Assembly (NCBI GenBank): GCA_904063045.1
Contig: CAJFCJ010000012.1
Span: 1,240,001 to 1,304,000 of the forward strand
Source: Dimorphilus gyrociliatus
Lineage: Eukaryota > Animalia > Annelida
Direction: 5' to 3'
DNA: 64,000 bases
Shown here: positions 14,555-26,185 of the stretch, piece after piece
How positions within the stretch are numbered: the first letter of the stretch is position 1
How the letters are laid out: each line of letters starts with the position of its first letter
The notes under the pieces: model-generated
What the model was told of the DNA's origin: nothing
Seen by the model: the letters and a program-made list of their open reading frames with translations, nothing else
Database searches by the model: none
Program-made: the position numbers and the translations under genes

Positions 14555-15514
14555 TTATGTATTAGTTATAGTCCTATTCCCGTTATATATCACGTCCGAC
14601 TGCTGCAAACAACTCTCTACTTCTTCCGCTTGTTCTTCGATTCCGTGATCAACCGAATCGTTTGGTGCTTTACAGCACAAACGTTTCCGGGCGTCCCTAA
14701 GGCTAAGAATCGTTAGCGCGGCATTACCGATACCGTGACAATTCGCAAACGTTTGAAGGACTGTACTTATGAGCAAAAAATGCTTGTCCTCCTCATCCTT
14801 AATATAGAATGCATAAGTTAAGTATATATCATTGGGTAGCTGCATGGCAAAATGAAGAGCAGTTAAACAAATAGACAATTTCCACCTTGAATACTTCTCT
14901 TGAGCTGGTGAGTTAGCCGGAGAATGCTTTCGCAAATATAACACAGTAATTACCACAAATGGAACAACATAAATAACGAGAAGATCAGTGACGGAGAAAA
15001 TATCTTTGACAAATTTTATGGTATATACTTCAAAACATATTAAACTAGTTTGGTTCCTTTCGTAATCTCCCGGAATCTGAACTAAGTACAATGTATTTAG
15101 TACTACTTGCCATACAGCATACGAAGCTCCGAAGAACCATATGAACGAGAGCAGGAACATCGCCCTTCCGCTAATGGTAACAACTGATGAATGGAAAGCC
15201 AACAAGAGTACTGTGTGGATAGCTCCCACAACTGTTAACTTTTGAGAGAATTTATAAAGTTTACATGCCATCAAAGTTCCCATGGTAGCTTTTATGGAAT
15301 ATCTTGCAACTAATCCACTTGGAACTGTCACACCCGCCAAGAGAACATGAGCCAAGGAGACTGCACATATTAGAACGCTGTATGTAGATCGAGATTTGCA
15401 TATTGCTTGAATGATAAGCGAGTTGAAAAAGAATGATACAATGCAGATGACTGAATTGATAATTATAGGCAACTTAGGAGCATAGTGGATAGGATCCGAT
15501 TCGTTCGCTGACAT
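14555..15514 (-). CDS. Intronless orphan rhodopsin-like (class A) 7TM receptor with degenerate activation motifs, 319 aa
   Basis: Single ORF with seven hydrophobic segments, N-terminal sequon NES, TM1 Asn (FFFNSLII), TM3 Cys (MACKLYKF), ECL2 Cys (LICF) and TM5 YVVPFVVITVLY. DRY is replaced by AFH and NPxxY by NAALT. Confidence 0.75.
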   Translation of the reverse strand: MSANESDPIHYAPKLPIIINSVICIVSFFFNSLIIQAICKSRSTYSVLICAVSLAHVLLAGVTVPSGLVARYSIKATMGTLMACKLYKFSQKLTVVGAIHTVLLLAFHSSVVTISGRAMFLLSFIWFFGASYAVWQVVLNTLYLVQIPGDYERNQTSLICFEVYTIKFVKDIFSVTDLLVIYVVPFVVITVLYLRKHSPANSPAQEKYSRWKLSICLTALHFAMQLPNDIYLTYAFYIKDEEDKHFLLISTVLQTFANCHGIGNAALTILSLRDARKRLCCKAPNDSVDHGIEEQAEEVESCLQQSDVIYNGNRTITNT

Positions 15515-18136
15515 TTCTCCAAGTCGAATGATCGGAAGCGTCGTCTACCGTTAGAGGACGCTCAGAACAGTAGCATCTAAACTGTCTAGTTTCTGCTCTC
15601 TTGCTACGCAGTCAAATTATAAATAAATTAAATTGTCTTTTTTTCTTCCGCTTTTTGCGTGGAAGAAAACTTTAATTTCTCTCGGCTTTTTGCTTTTCAA
15701 ATAAATACCTGAATTACGAAGCTATAAAAAAAATAAACTACAATATATAAACATGCTTCTCTTTCCTTTCCATTTTGTCCTATTACACTTTATAACAATC
15801 ATTTTCTCAGTATGAGTCTGTTTGCCTTCCCCTCACTCTTTCTTTCTCTACTTCCCTTTCTTTATCTATCTCTATCTAGCCATCTACCTCCCTATCTATC
15901 TATCTATCTTAAGACAAATGTAATCCATATTAGTACTGAGATATTTGCCAATAACATTGACTATAAATCCCAATTTCTTCGTGAAATCTTGAAAATCCCT
16001 CTCCGGAAAATAACTGTCTAGCTGACGAGTTTTAATGAAAAAAGAAACAAAATAACGGATTCTTCTATGAACTAGTCTTAAATTGAAAAAAAGAATTATT
16101 CATATCATTTCGTTTGAAGTTCATGAAACCTTTTAAAAGAGGATACTTTTATAAGGAAACAATTTCATTTTCGTTCATTTTTCTTTTCTCGTTGCTTATT
16201 ACAAGAAAGGGGAAAATGCATATGTTTATAATACACATAAGCTTAAAAAGTCATGTATTGTTGTCATATATTAAAGTTTCCTACAAAAATACTAGGAGAT
16301 AAACTAATTGATAATGAAAAGAGATCTCCTTCAAATAGCTGCTCTTAACTTATTGTTCCTGTTTTTTCGTAATTTTTGTAACTACTTCATTTCCGCTTTT
16401 TTTAATTACTTTAATGTAGGGGATCAAATATTATTTTACCTTTTATCTAAACCTTTACTTTTTTCTGCTTTCCCGCACCGTCGAGCAGGTGTGCAATAGG
16501 GAGGAAGGATAGAGATAAACAAAATTTTTCTTCTATCTAATAAATCTTAATCCTTTTTCCCTTTCTTGACATTTAATTTATAAAATGATCAAACATTTTT
16601 AATAAATATATTATTTTCTTTAAAGCAAAAGCTAAAAATACATAATAAACCTACAGTTTATATAAAATACCTATAAATAACAGTGTGCTGGTAACGGTAT
16701 ATCAATTTACTTTTGTGTACTTTTTTTTCCTTTTTGTTTCTAAACCCCGCTGATTGTCAGCAAGTTGAAGTGCTTAAACTCTGAATTATTTATGTCCAAT
16801 TTTATAGGGGCTGTTGCTGAAAATATGCTCAATTCCTTCTCAATTAACCATGTAATCATTCATGTGCAAATAAAAGAATCGTCTTTTTTTTTTACCTATA
16901 TTCGATAACTGTGGCGATAACAAGTATGTTATACTTACTTTGATCAATCTTTTGATCCCATATTTATTCATAAATGTTCGATTTGAACTTGATTTTGCTA
17001 CGGAATCGGAGAGAAGGTAAATTTTATAATGAAAAAGAAAATTTTTCGATAATTAATATTAATTACTAACCGGGCAAAGAGAATAGTAACATTAAAATTA
17101 ATCATATTGATTAGAATACAATTTGGTGTATCGAAATAGCTCGTATCGATATGCCGTTGCTATGGACTCAAGTAATTTTCCAATATTAGTATAAACAGTA
17201 AAATCAAACGTCTTTCGCAAGGCAAAGTTTATATCACGTCTCATTTTACACCTTGATCCTCCACAAAACTGTGTATTATTTTGCTGAGCGACTTCCCGCA
17301 TATAACAATATAAAGAGAAAAGAAACGAATTTTTAGAACGGAAGAGAAAGAGAAAGAAAACAAAAGCGAATCTTTACGGCTCACTACGAAAATATTCTGT
17401 CATTAATTGCAGTTGGAGTTAAACGTCTTTGGTAAGTATATCTATCTTCTCTGGTTTCCCTCATATGCTAAGTACTTTTCACATTACCAAAAAGAAAAAT
17501 TAAAGCAGGCAAGTGAGGGAAATATGGAGGAGGACAAGATATTTTGAAAATAGAGTATTTGAAGGCAGTAAATTTGAATTATATATTAAATTATTCAACT
17601 ATTATGTTGTATTTACATATAAACAATATTTAAGTTCCAATTTTACAAAAGGTCAATCACTTTGGAACACAACGTCTATTTGTACAAGAAATATATATTT
17701 CTAAAGAGAGAGATTGTAATATCAATTGAACACGTTACAGTACATGCTTTTCCTATTCGTGCTTAGTACTGAATTGGTAATAGAGGATGAAAGCATTGCT
17801 CTTTTACCAGCCTCACAAGACAACGTCCTGTCATAAGTGAACTCTATATCACATAAGATTCTATTAAACTAACTCTTAATGTTATTTATACGTAATTTTG
17901 TAAGCTTTTATGGGATTGTAAGAAATCTTTTTCATAATGGACTACTCCTTCTGCTTGATTATAGTTAAATATCAATTGTGGGCCTTTTCTATTTCGCCGT
18001 TATTTACAAACCTTTCACTGCTCACTTTATAAAATTTTACAAGTCGATACGAGTTTTACGCGTACAGAATTTAAACCGGTATAGAAGTTTTAATCAATTA
18101 TTACTCTTTTTAACAAACTCAGTACATTTACAGGAA

Positions 18137-18577
18137 ATGTCTCTTGGAAAACTAAATAAAACAATGATTGGAATACGACCATTGATCGATTCTACACCGC
18201 TAATATACTGTAAGAGCTGTTATCATTTGTTTGATAGTCGGATCAAGGAACGTTGCCATCCATGCCTATTTTGTCCCGATTGTCTCAGTTCAACAACGGC
18301 GTCAATCTCTACAAACTCAGATGGAAAACCGATTTCTGTTGACGTCAGCGAAGAAGACGACGAGGTTAAGAGGCTTGTTCGGTCGTTCGAAAATCGAGTT
18401 ACGGCAACTCGATGTGGATTTTGCGCCACTAACGCAAAAAGGTGTCGATTGGTTAAGTTTTGCTACCATTGTAAAAAGTGTTTGTGCTCTAAATGTTCTG
18501 ATTTGCATGATAACAGTAGTCATTATAGACATCACGCCTCCACTTCTCTTCAGGACAAACGAGGTCTTGTAATGTGA
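18137..18577 (+). CDS. Small zinc-finger protein: degenerate RING-like Cys cluster plus a type 1 B-box (TRIM-like fragment), 146 aa
   Basis: B-box1 pattern CGFC-x12-CYHC-x4-CSKC-x3-H-x8-H and N-terminal CKSC-x11-CHPCLFCPDC. ATG at 18137 follows an acceptor (tttacag). The ORF-track extension to 17978 starts at GTG and is probably intronic. A donor GTAAGT at about 17432 may end a 5' UTR exon. Confidence 0.72.
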   Translation: MSLGKLNKTMIGIRPLIDSTPLIYCKSCYHLFDSRIKERCHPCLFCPDCLSSTTASISTNSDGKPISVDVSEEDDEVKRLVRSFENRVTATRCGFCATNAKRCRLVKFCYHCKKCLCSKCSDLHDNSSHYRHHASTSLQDKRGLVM

Positions 18578-18680
18578 TTATAAAATGTTTATAATTTACT
18601 TGTTCAATAGATGGAGCAGGCTGCGTCTACTTGCTATATATTTACGCGTTTTTTTAGTAGTTTTGATAAAACTTAGGTAT

Positions 18681-18693
18681 CGCCATCTAGTGG
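18681..18693 (-). promoter_or_regulatory. CTCF-consensus-like site between the convergent B-box and protocadherin genes
   Basis: Minus strand reads CCACTAGATGGCG, matching the CCASYAGRKGGCR core. Confidence 0.5.
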
Positions 18694-19528
18694 ACAACAT
18701 TCCGATTTAATGTCCTGATTATAAGATTTCAATATGGGGTCTACAAGACTATTTATGAAAGGGTAAATTACCAAAGAAGAAGGATGAAAAATGAAACAAA
18801 ACATTGAAACTGATGCAACAATCCATTTACAGCATAGCAGGTGGAAAGTGAAAGATGTGCGTGACAATACGCCTTCAAAGCTGAAATCTAACGACGCTAG
18901 ACGTCTCATAACGGCGTCCTGCTGGTCGAATTATACACGTCCATTGTCATACGAATGAGATGCTCGTTGATATGGCTAATTAACTATCAGGAGGATCTCT
19001 GGCACCCCTTTCCGTCGACCTTAACGATAAAATGAGCTGGAAGAAAAGCAACATTGGCGATTGTTCTCAGTGGTTAAAATCTCCGTATAAACTGTCCGGG
19101 GATTACTCCCTTTTCAAACGGATGCATGCATGTAAATAATAGGTCGAGTAAATCGTGATTCCCTTTTGAACACTAAAGCCTTTGAACTAGAAGAATCGAA
19201 GAAATGGAAGGTTTGAATAATTCAGTATATTGTTCGAACAGCGAACGCTTTGTTCCATCAGCATCTGCCCTCAATATTCTCGTTAAGGTGAATCCCTATA
19301 TGCAGGTGCATTCTTCTTACATAGTATACATATACATATATATATTTATATACTGTATATATACAGTATAAACAAGTCTTTTATAATTATAGATATTTTT
19401 TATTGCCTTCTTTGAGATCGACAGAGCGTATAAAGTAAACATTTCTATATTACTATGTACATAATGACAAACAAAAACAGAATATATACAGTCATTCTAT
19501 TCAAATTGTTTTTATCTTCTTTCTATAT

Positions 19529-22500
19529 TCACACGTTCACTTCATGAACGCTGGGGAAATGTAATACCGATCCTCCAACTTCTTTCACGTCATTCATATC
19601 AACCGTATAACTTCCGGAAGTGGTTGTTGCAGCATCGTCGTCCTCGTCCACACTATTTAATGAAGTATTGTGTAATCTTGAGACGTTTTCTTTTGACAAA
19701 CGACAAATAGAAGCATTTTTTGCCTCGCAGACAGTCATTTGTTTGTCAATCTGCCTTTGAAGCGATCTTCTAGCGAACGATACAGATTTTTGTTTTGTCG
19801 GTGAATCTGTCAGATAAAAAAAGATAATTTTTATACAAATCTCAAACAATTTTCGCCTTGTTAAAAAAAAGGGTGACAATACAGGAAAGAAGTGAGAATT
19901 GAGGTAAAAAAAAACTCGCTTTATACACTTTTTCCCTTGTCTAAATACTTACAATTGAAGCTTTGTTCACCCTCTTCACTCGGGCCTCTTCCGCTATCTC
20001 CGCTATCGGCATTAGAAAGATTAGCAGAAGACAAGCTGTTATTATCCTCCACACCTTGCTTTACCTAATAAATGGGAAAAAAACAAAGTTGAATTAGAAA
20101 AAATTATAGCCCATGAAATTAGCTTTGGATCAAATAGCATGAATAGTTGAAATGATTGTAAGTGATGTATGACTGACATTCTACCTTTGTAGCTGTTGAA
20201 ACCGAAGAGTTTCAACTTTTGTGTTTACGAAAGACTGACTCCTTTAAGAACCTAGATCAGTCAAAAAATTGTATAATAACCTAAAGGGTCATTAATAATA
20301 CATTTATCAGATGGACATAAGAAGAAGAATAGAAATAAACTACTTTCAAGCTTCGTCTAACATTGGTAATAATTTATAGTACAATATATTCATTATATAT
20401 ACTTTTATAATTATATTTACAAATAAATTTATTAAAGTGGATTAATCCCGCCTGCATGATAACAAACGCCATTCCATTATGAATGATGCGCCAACAGATT
20501 TATACTGTTTTTATTATTCATCTTTTTTTCCCCTTTATAATATTTTAATTAATTTTTAGTTAGCTTTACAGAATATAATCATGTTTCTGTTTTCAAGTAG
20601 GACGATCTCAAAGTGAACAAAACTTTGTATTCAACACAGCTGTTCAACGTTGCCATTATCCCATTAAAACGCTATAATAACCAGTTCTTTATAACCCTTC
20701 TTGTAAACGAAAAGGTGTCCGATCGTCCCCCTCTTTCTATAGGAAAGCCTACATGAAAGTACTTTGCCGTAAAAGTGTCAGATAGATTGATAATGGCCTA
20801 TCATATCTAGCCGGAGGCGAATTTTTCCCCCTCTGAGTCTGATACCCCATTCCTTGAATGGAACCGTTCAAATAGAAATATAATAGACGGAATGACAAAC
20901 GATCGTTTGTCGTAATGGAGTTTGGTAAAGAAGATTGTCAATTTTGTATAGGTTGTTAAATAAATTGCAAATTTCTTATTAACTAAGCTTTATGCTATCT
21001 TTACATAAAGTGTGCTTTGCTCAGCAAACGTATGTTCTATCAACAGATGAACTAGAGAATATGAAAGGGGTTATTGAAAGCGTACAACAATGAGGAGTTG
21101 ACGTTAGCACTTGAAATCCAATTTCGTACGCGATTCTCGAGAGTCGGACAAAACGATGCGCACAAAGGGGGCGGCGGACGTTCTTTGCTGTTTAATGGAC
21201 CTTTTAGAATAACGACGGCCATTAGTCATTCAAATTTCATCTGTTCTCTCACCGGTACTGTTTAAGTCTACATGATCTAATGAATCAAAAGCATAAATTT
21301 CTAAGATGATAGGATTCGTGCAAACTAGACAATTTGAAATCGATTTTTTTTTAATATACAAAAAAAACCAGAGCTTAAATATTCACGTCGATTCAAACTC
21401 TTTTTTATTTATCACACATGCTTCGCTCCTCAACAATTCTCATTCTATAAAAAAGTCTATAATAAAAAGTAAACCACAGAAATACTCCTACATTGGCAAG
21501 CCAATTAAAATTACTATAATTATAAGAGAAATATATGAAGTGTAAAAACGTCGGTCTTTACAAAGATGACCCTATTATTATACGTTCAGCATGACGTCGC
21601 TCTGCAAAGTGTTGACCAACATTTGAAATTTTTCGCACCGACAACTTCTCTTTTCTAGATATAACAACGAATTTACTCAGCGACGTTATATGAATGAGTT
21701 GGTAGCCTCTGGCTATATGCTCGTATACACATTATAAAAAAAGAAACTGTGTAGAGTTGAACAGAATAGACGTTTTTAGCTATAAAATATTACTCCTCCT
21801 TTTATTTGCTTATTATTTATATACCATATATTTTCCTTTTTATATTCATTTCATTTACAGACAGTTATTACTTGTTATAAGGAATTTAATAAAGAAATTA
21901 GTTAAAGAAATTGAAAAGCCTTATATATTGGGTTTCGACTTTCTCTTTAAATAAATTGACACCTGAATGAATGATACAAGGGCCATTTAGAACGTAAATT
22001 TGCTCAGCCTTCTAATAACATTCTCTGCGGATAATTTGCAGTTAAATAGCGTCGAAAGTTCTTCTCAGTTTGATATTTCTCTGGGGCAAAGGCACTTCAA
22101 GTGAAAGTATTCCGTTTTAAATTATTCTTCAACCGTTTTGTAAATTAAAAAATAAACTTTGTAATAGCTTATAAGAATATAAATAGTAGGGAATGTAAAA
22201 AGTTTACTTTCAGAGATTAATAGCCTCAGTTTTTAATTCCACCCTTTTATAACCTTATTGACCCTTTTTTTTACTTAAATGAAATGGAAAACACATTCTT
22301 CATTGCTAGAAGCGTTCCCTTTGATTTAAATAGCCGCAAAAGACGGCTCATTAAAAATATTTTTTTCTTCCTTGCCCGCCTCCCTACCCTAAAGAACACG
22401 GGAAAGAATCCCTTAAAAACACCTGTTTTCTATTTTTAAAGTTTTCCATCTAAGAGAAAGAAAAAGGGAATTTTTCTTCTGAATAGGCGGAAAGGTAACA

Positions 22501-25500
22501 GAAAAGGAGAGAATGAGAGAGATTTTTCTCCTTTTCTCCTTTAAAATTTCCAATAGATTAGCCTAAATGCAATCCCGGCGGCCTTGTCAATCGTTAGAAA
22601 GGATCCTATTCAAAATTTATCATGCGTCCGACATACCACCGCCTTGACTAACGACCTTCGTCATATGACCTTCAGACCCTCCACGACCGCGTGCAATCGA
22701 TATTCAAAGAAAAAGAGAGGAGGCTACTGATCCGGAGAGGGTGGGAGAAAACTCGTGTGAGTTTGGATAGTGATATAAACATTAGGAAAAGGTGATAGCG
22801 AGAGAAAGAGAGGAGGCAAATAAATAATAAAAAACGCTTCTTGAATAGTAAAATAATTCTGTAGGCGTATGCACGCGGTAAAACTTTTATCCCAGATTAA
22901 CTCTACAAGAACAGTGCAACACTCGATCGATTCAAGCGCGTCCTTATAACCGGAACAAATCGGTTCAATTTTCAGCTTACGCTTTTCCTATAATATTATA
23001 ATTAGAAGCTTGGAAATAAACGCCCTTCTCTCGCTCTAAACGCGTGTTGTGGTAAACATTCAAGCTTTTGTATTTATGCTATAACTAATACAAAATTTTC
23101 ACCTATACTCGTGCACTTGTTTATGAACCCGCTTCATTCATATAGGCCTAAGCGCCAAATATAAAAGAAAAAGGGAGAAGAGAAAAACTGATAAATAGAT
23201 ATAAAAGATAGGTGAAGATATAGTGAAGAAAAAAGCTCGTAATTAAAAAAAGAGAAGTAGCTACCGTTGAGCTCACGCAATTTTCAAATATAAATTTTTT
23301 GCTTGTTGAACGATTAAATATAGGCCTAATTGTTTTCTTTAGGTAAATAATTTAACAGAACGTAATAGTGAGAATAATAATAAAAGGAACTTACCTCTTT
23401 ACAATGACGTAACTGATGATAATAGGAAGATGAGGCATTTCTATTATCGGTTTTCGCATTGTTGATGAAATATTGATGACCATTGGTTAAATGACTAGGA
23501 TTTAATAGGTTAGACGTTTTCTTCCATTCCGTTTTACCATATGAGTTAGAAGATGACGAGTCGCTTTGAGAAATGGACGTTGTAACATTTTCCTGAACTT
23601 CTGGATCATATGTTGCAATGGAGATTTCAGGCGAAGGTGGTTTATTCGATCTTTTCCTCGTCATTATTATAGCACTAATTAAGACTGTAATTAGCAGAAC
23701 AGAGCATACAACAACTGCAATAATAACGCTAAGATTTTGTCCTTTTAAAAGATCGTTCGATTTAGCAAAGTTTTCGAATGGAATGGATTTGTTGACGATC
23801 ACGTAAAGGCTCGTTATCTTAGACGTTAATGGAATAATCCCGGAATCTTTCGCTTGAATACGAATTTCAAATACCTCGTATTGAATATCGTCTAATTCTT
23901 TGTTCGTTGAAATGCTACCTGTTTCTGAATTAATATCAAAAGGTGCATTTGTCGCCGACTTCAAAAGATGATAGGTTAGATTCGAGTTTCTACCTAAGTC
24001 CATGTCGATAGCTTTGACGGACGTTATTTTATGCCCAATTGGAATTTTATTTGATATGCTAACCGAATTGTTAGCTTTCGACGGGAAGAGAAAATGAGGG
24101 AAGTTGTCATTAGCGTCTAATACGTCAATTTTAACGTTGACTGAACTCTTATGAGTCGGCATATCTTGCTCCCTGGCAACAACAGTTAATTGATATGCAG
24201 CAATTGTTTCTCTGTCCAGATTACCCTTTGTCCATATTCTCCCCGTCAAAGGGTCAATACCAAACTTGTCAGAACGCTCTCTAAACTCGTAAAATATCAG
24301 AGATTTTACTTGTGCGTCCTTGTCTTCAGCACTAACAAAACCAATTTCTTTACCAGCTTGAATGTCTTCATCTACCTTGAAATAATAGATTGATTTCGTA
24401 AACGCAGGTATTTCGTCATTAACGTCATCCAAGATTATTTCAACCTTACACGAAGATGACAGAACTAGGTCATCATCTTTGTCGCTAGCAATAACAATTA
24501 TTCTATAAACGTCCTGTCGTTCTCTGTCCAACGGCTTACGTAAGTGCAACATTCCCGTGGTACCATCCATTACGAAATAACTGCTCGGCATTTGCAGCCC
24601 ATAGGAAACGTTTGAATTACTATCGGCGTCAGTAGCGTGAACTCTCAAAAGGTTCTCTTTTACGATATTTTCTTTTACATGAACAGAATAAATTGGCCTA
24701 TCGAATACTGGACTATTATCATTCTTGTCTTTGATTCTAACTGTTAAAGATTTTGAAGCCCTTAAGGGGGGTTTCCCGCCGTCCTGACATTCGATTCGTA
24801 TGTTGTACAGTTCCGTTTCCTCTCTATCCAGAACTTTAGTCGTAATGATTTTATATTGATTACGGACTAAAAAATCCAGAGCGAATGGAGCGGCGTCCGG
24901 CTGAAGAGAACACGAAACGCTTCCTTCAGCCCCTTTATCCCCATCCGCAACGGAAATATGAGCTACGAATTCTCCTGTCGTAGTATTTTCAAACACCTGC
25001 CCAACTCCGTCATCGGTCATTGCATTTACCGTTATCTTAGGGCTATGGGCGTTCGTGTCTAGCACATTAACTTTGACCACAGCTTGACCGCTTAATCCTG
25101 AATCTTTGGCTAATATAGTTAGAGAGTAATAACTTCTCTCCTCAAAGTTCAGACGCCTCTTCAAATATAATTCTCCTTTCTGGCCATTAACTCCAAAGGT
25201 GCTAGCGTGCTTATTTGATACAGTACTCAGAGAATAGGTTATCTTTCCATTATCTCCTACGTCCTTATCACTCGCCCTAACGGTTAAGAAGGGCTCATTA
25301 ATTTCGCTATTTTCTGAGAGGTACACCTGGTAGGTTGAATTATCAAAGACGGGAGGGTGGTCGTTAGCGTCGTCAATGATAATTTCTAGAATTGCCTTTC
25401 CGGGATTATTGTTAGTGGCTGCGTCGTAGGCAATTAACTCAAGGGTATATTTATCCCTTTTTTCTCTGTCCAGCTCTCGATTAACTTTCAATTGAAGAAC

Positions 25501-26067
25501 ATCGGCGGTTCTATATAGTTCAAAAGCATTATTAGGCGATCGCAAATCATAGCGGCCAACCCCGTATTGAGGGCTATCCGGATCGTTGGCGGGCGTTAAA
25601 TCGATAGCTTTCATGGTATGTTCCAAAACATTTAATCTATAAACGACAGCGTCGAAAGACGGCCTATTGTCATTCAAGTCTTTGATGAGAATGTACAGCT
25701 GAACAACTCGAAATATGCTTTTCGGCTGGATACCAACGTCAACTTCGATCGAACAGGATACAGCACCTGGACAAATTTCATCTCGGTCAATTCTACTCCG
25801 CACTCTAACAATACCATTTGAACTAATTGAAAATAAGTGCGAATAATCTCTTTGAGATTTAGGTAAGAATTCAAACCACAGTGTTTTTAACTGTTCATTC
25901 GTAAAGGTTGAGCCAACTTGAGCATCTTGAAAGACGTTACAGATAGTTTTATTAATTGCAATTTCTTCGAGAATTTCATAATTGAGTTTTGAATTCAACG
26001 ACGCAGAGACGCTGGTATATAGAGTAGAGAGAAGAAGGAAACGAACACAATACATGATCGAACGCAT
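19529..26067 (-). CDS. Protocadherin with 7 cadherin repeats, TM and cytoplasmic tail; 3 coding exons
   Basis: Exon 23395-26067 encodes signal peptide, EC1-EC7 (linkers DLNDNRP, DANDHPP, DTNAHSP, DKNDNSP, DVNDEIP, DANDNFP) and the TM. EC1 has the Cys-X5-Cys motif (CPGAVSC). It splices in phase to 19953-20064 (DSGDSGRGPSEE) and 19529-19806 (DDDAATTTSGSYTVD). First ATG is 26067 (alternative 26055); the track start at 26127 is a GTG. Confidence 0.92.
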
Positions 26068-26156
26068 CAGAGAATCGAAGACGGAATATCCTCTCGTAGA
26101 ACGCTTATGTAATTTCAAGAGCGTCACCGGTCCTTTTCCAACATTGACACCTTTCT

Positions 26157-26185
26157 CCTGAAAGTTGTAGAGTTAGTTTAAGTTT
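26157..26185 (-). other. Splice acceptor of a 5' UTR intron of the protocadherin
   Basis: Minus strand reads cttaaaCTAACtctacaactttCAG|GAGAAAG: branch-point-like CTAAC plus pyrimidine tract, about 90 nt upstream of the ATG. This implies one or more non-coding first exons further upstream. Confidence 0.6.

Noticed and set aside
18223-18572. Alternative-frame and antisense ORFs over the B-box gene
   Set aside because: Shadows of the zinc-finger frame; no motifs.
20195-20216. Short perfect inverted repeats (GTTGAAAC-N6-GTTTCAAC here; GGTGAAAT-N4-ATTTCACC at 29813-29832)
   Set aside because: Isolated 8-bp stems are expected by chance in 64 kb of AT-rich DNA; too short for pre-miRNA, and no TSD or TIR context.
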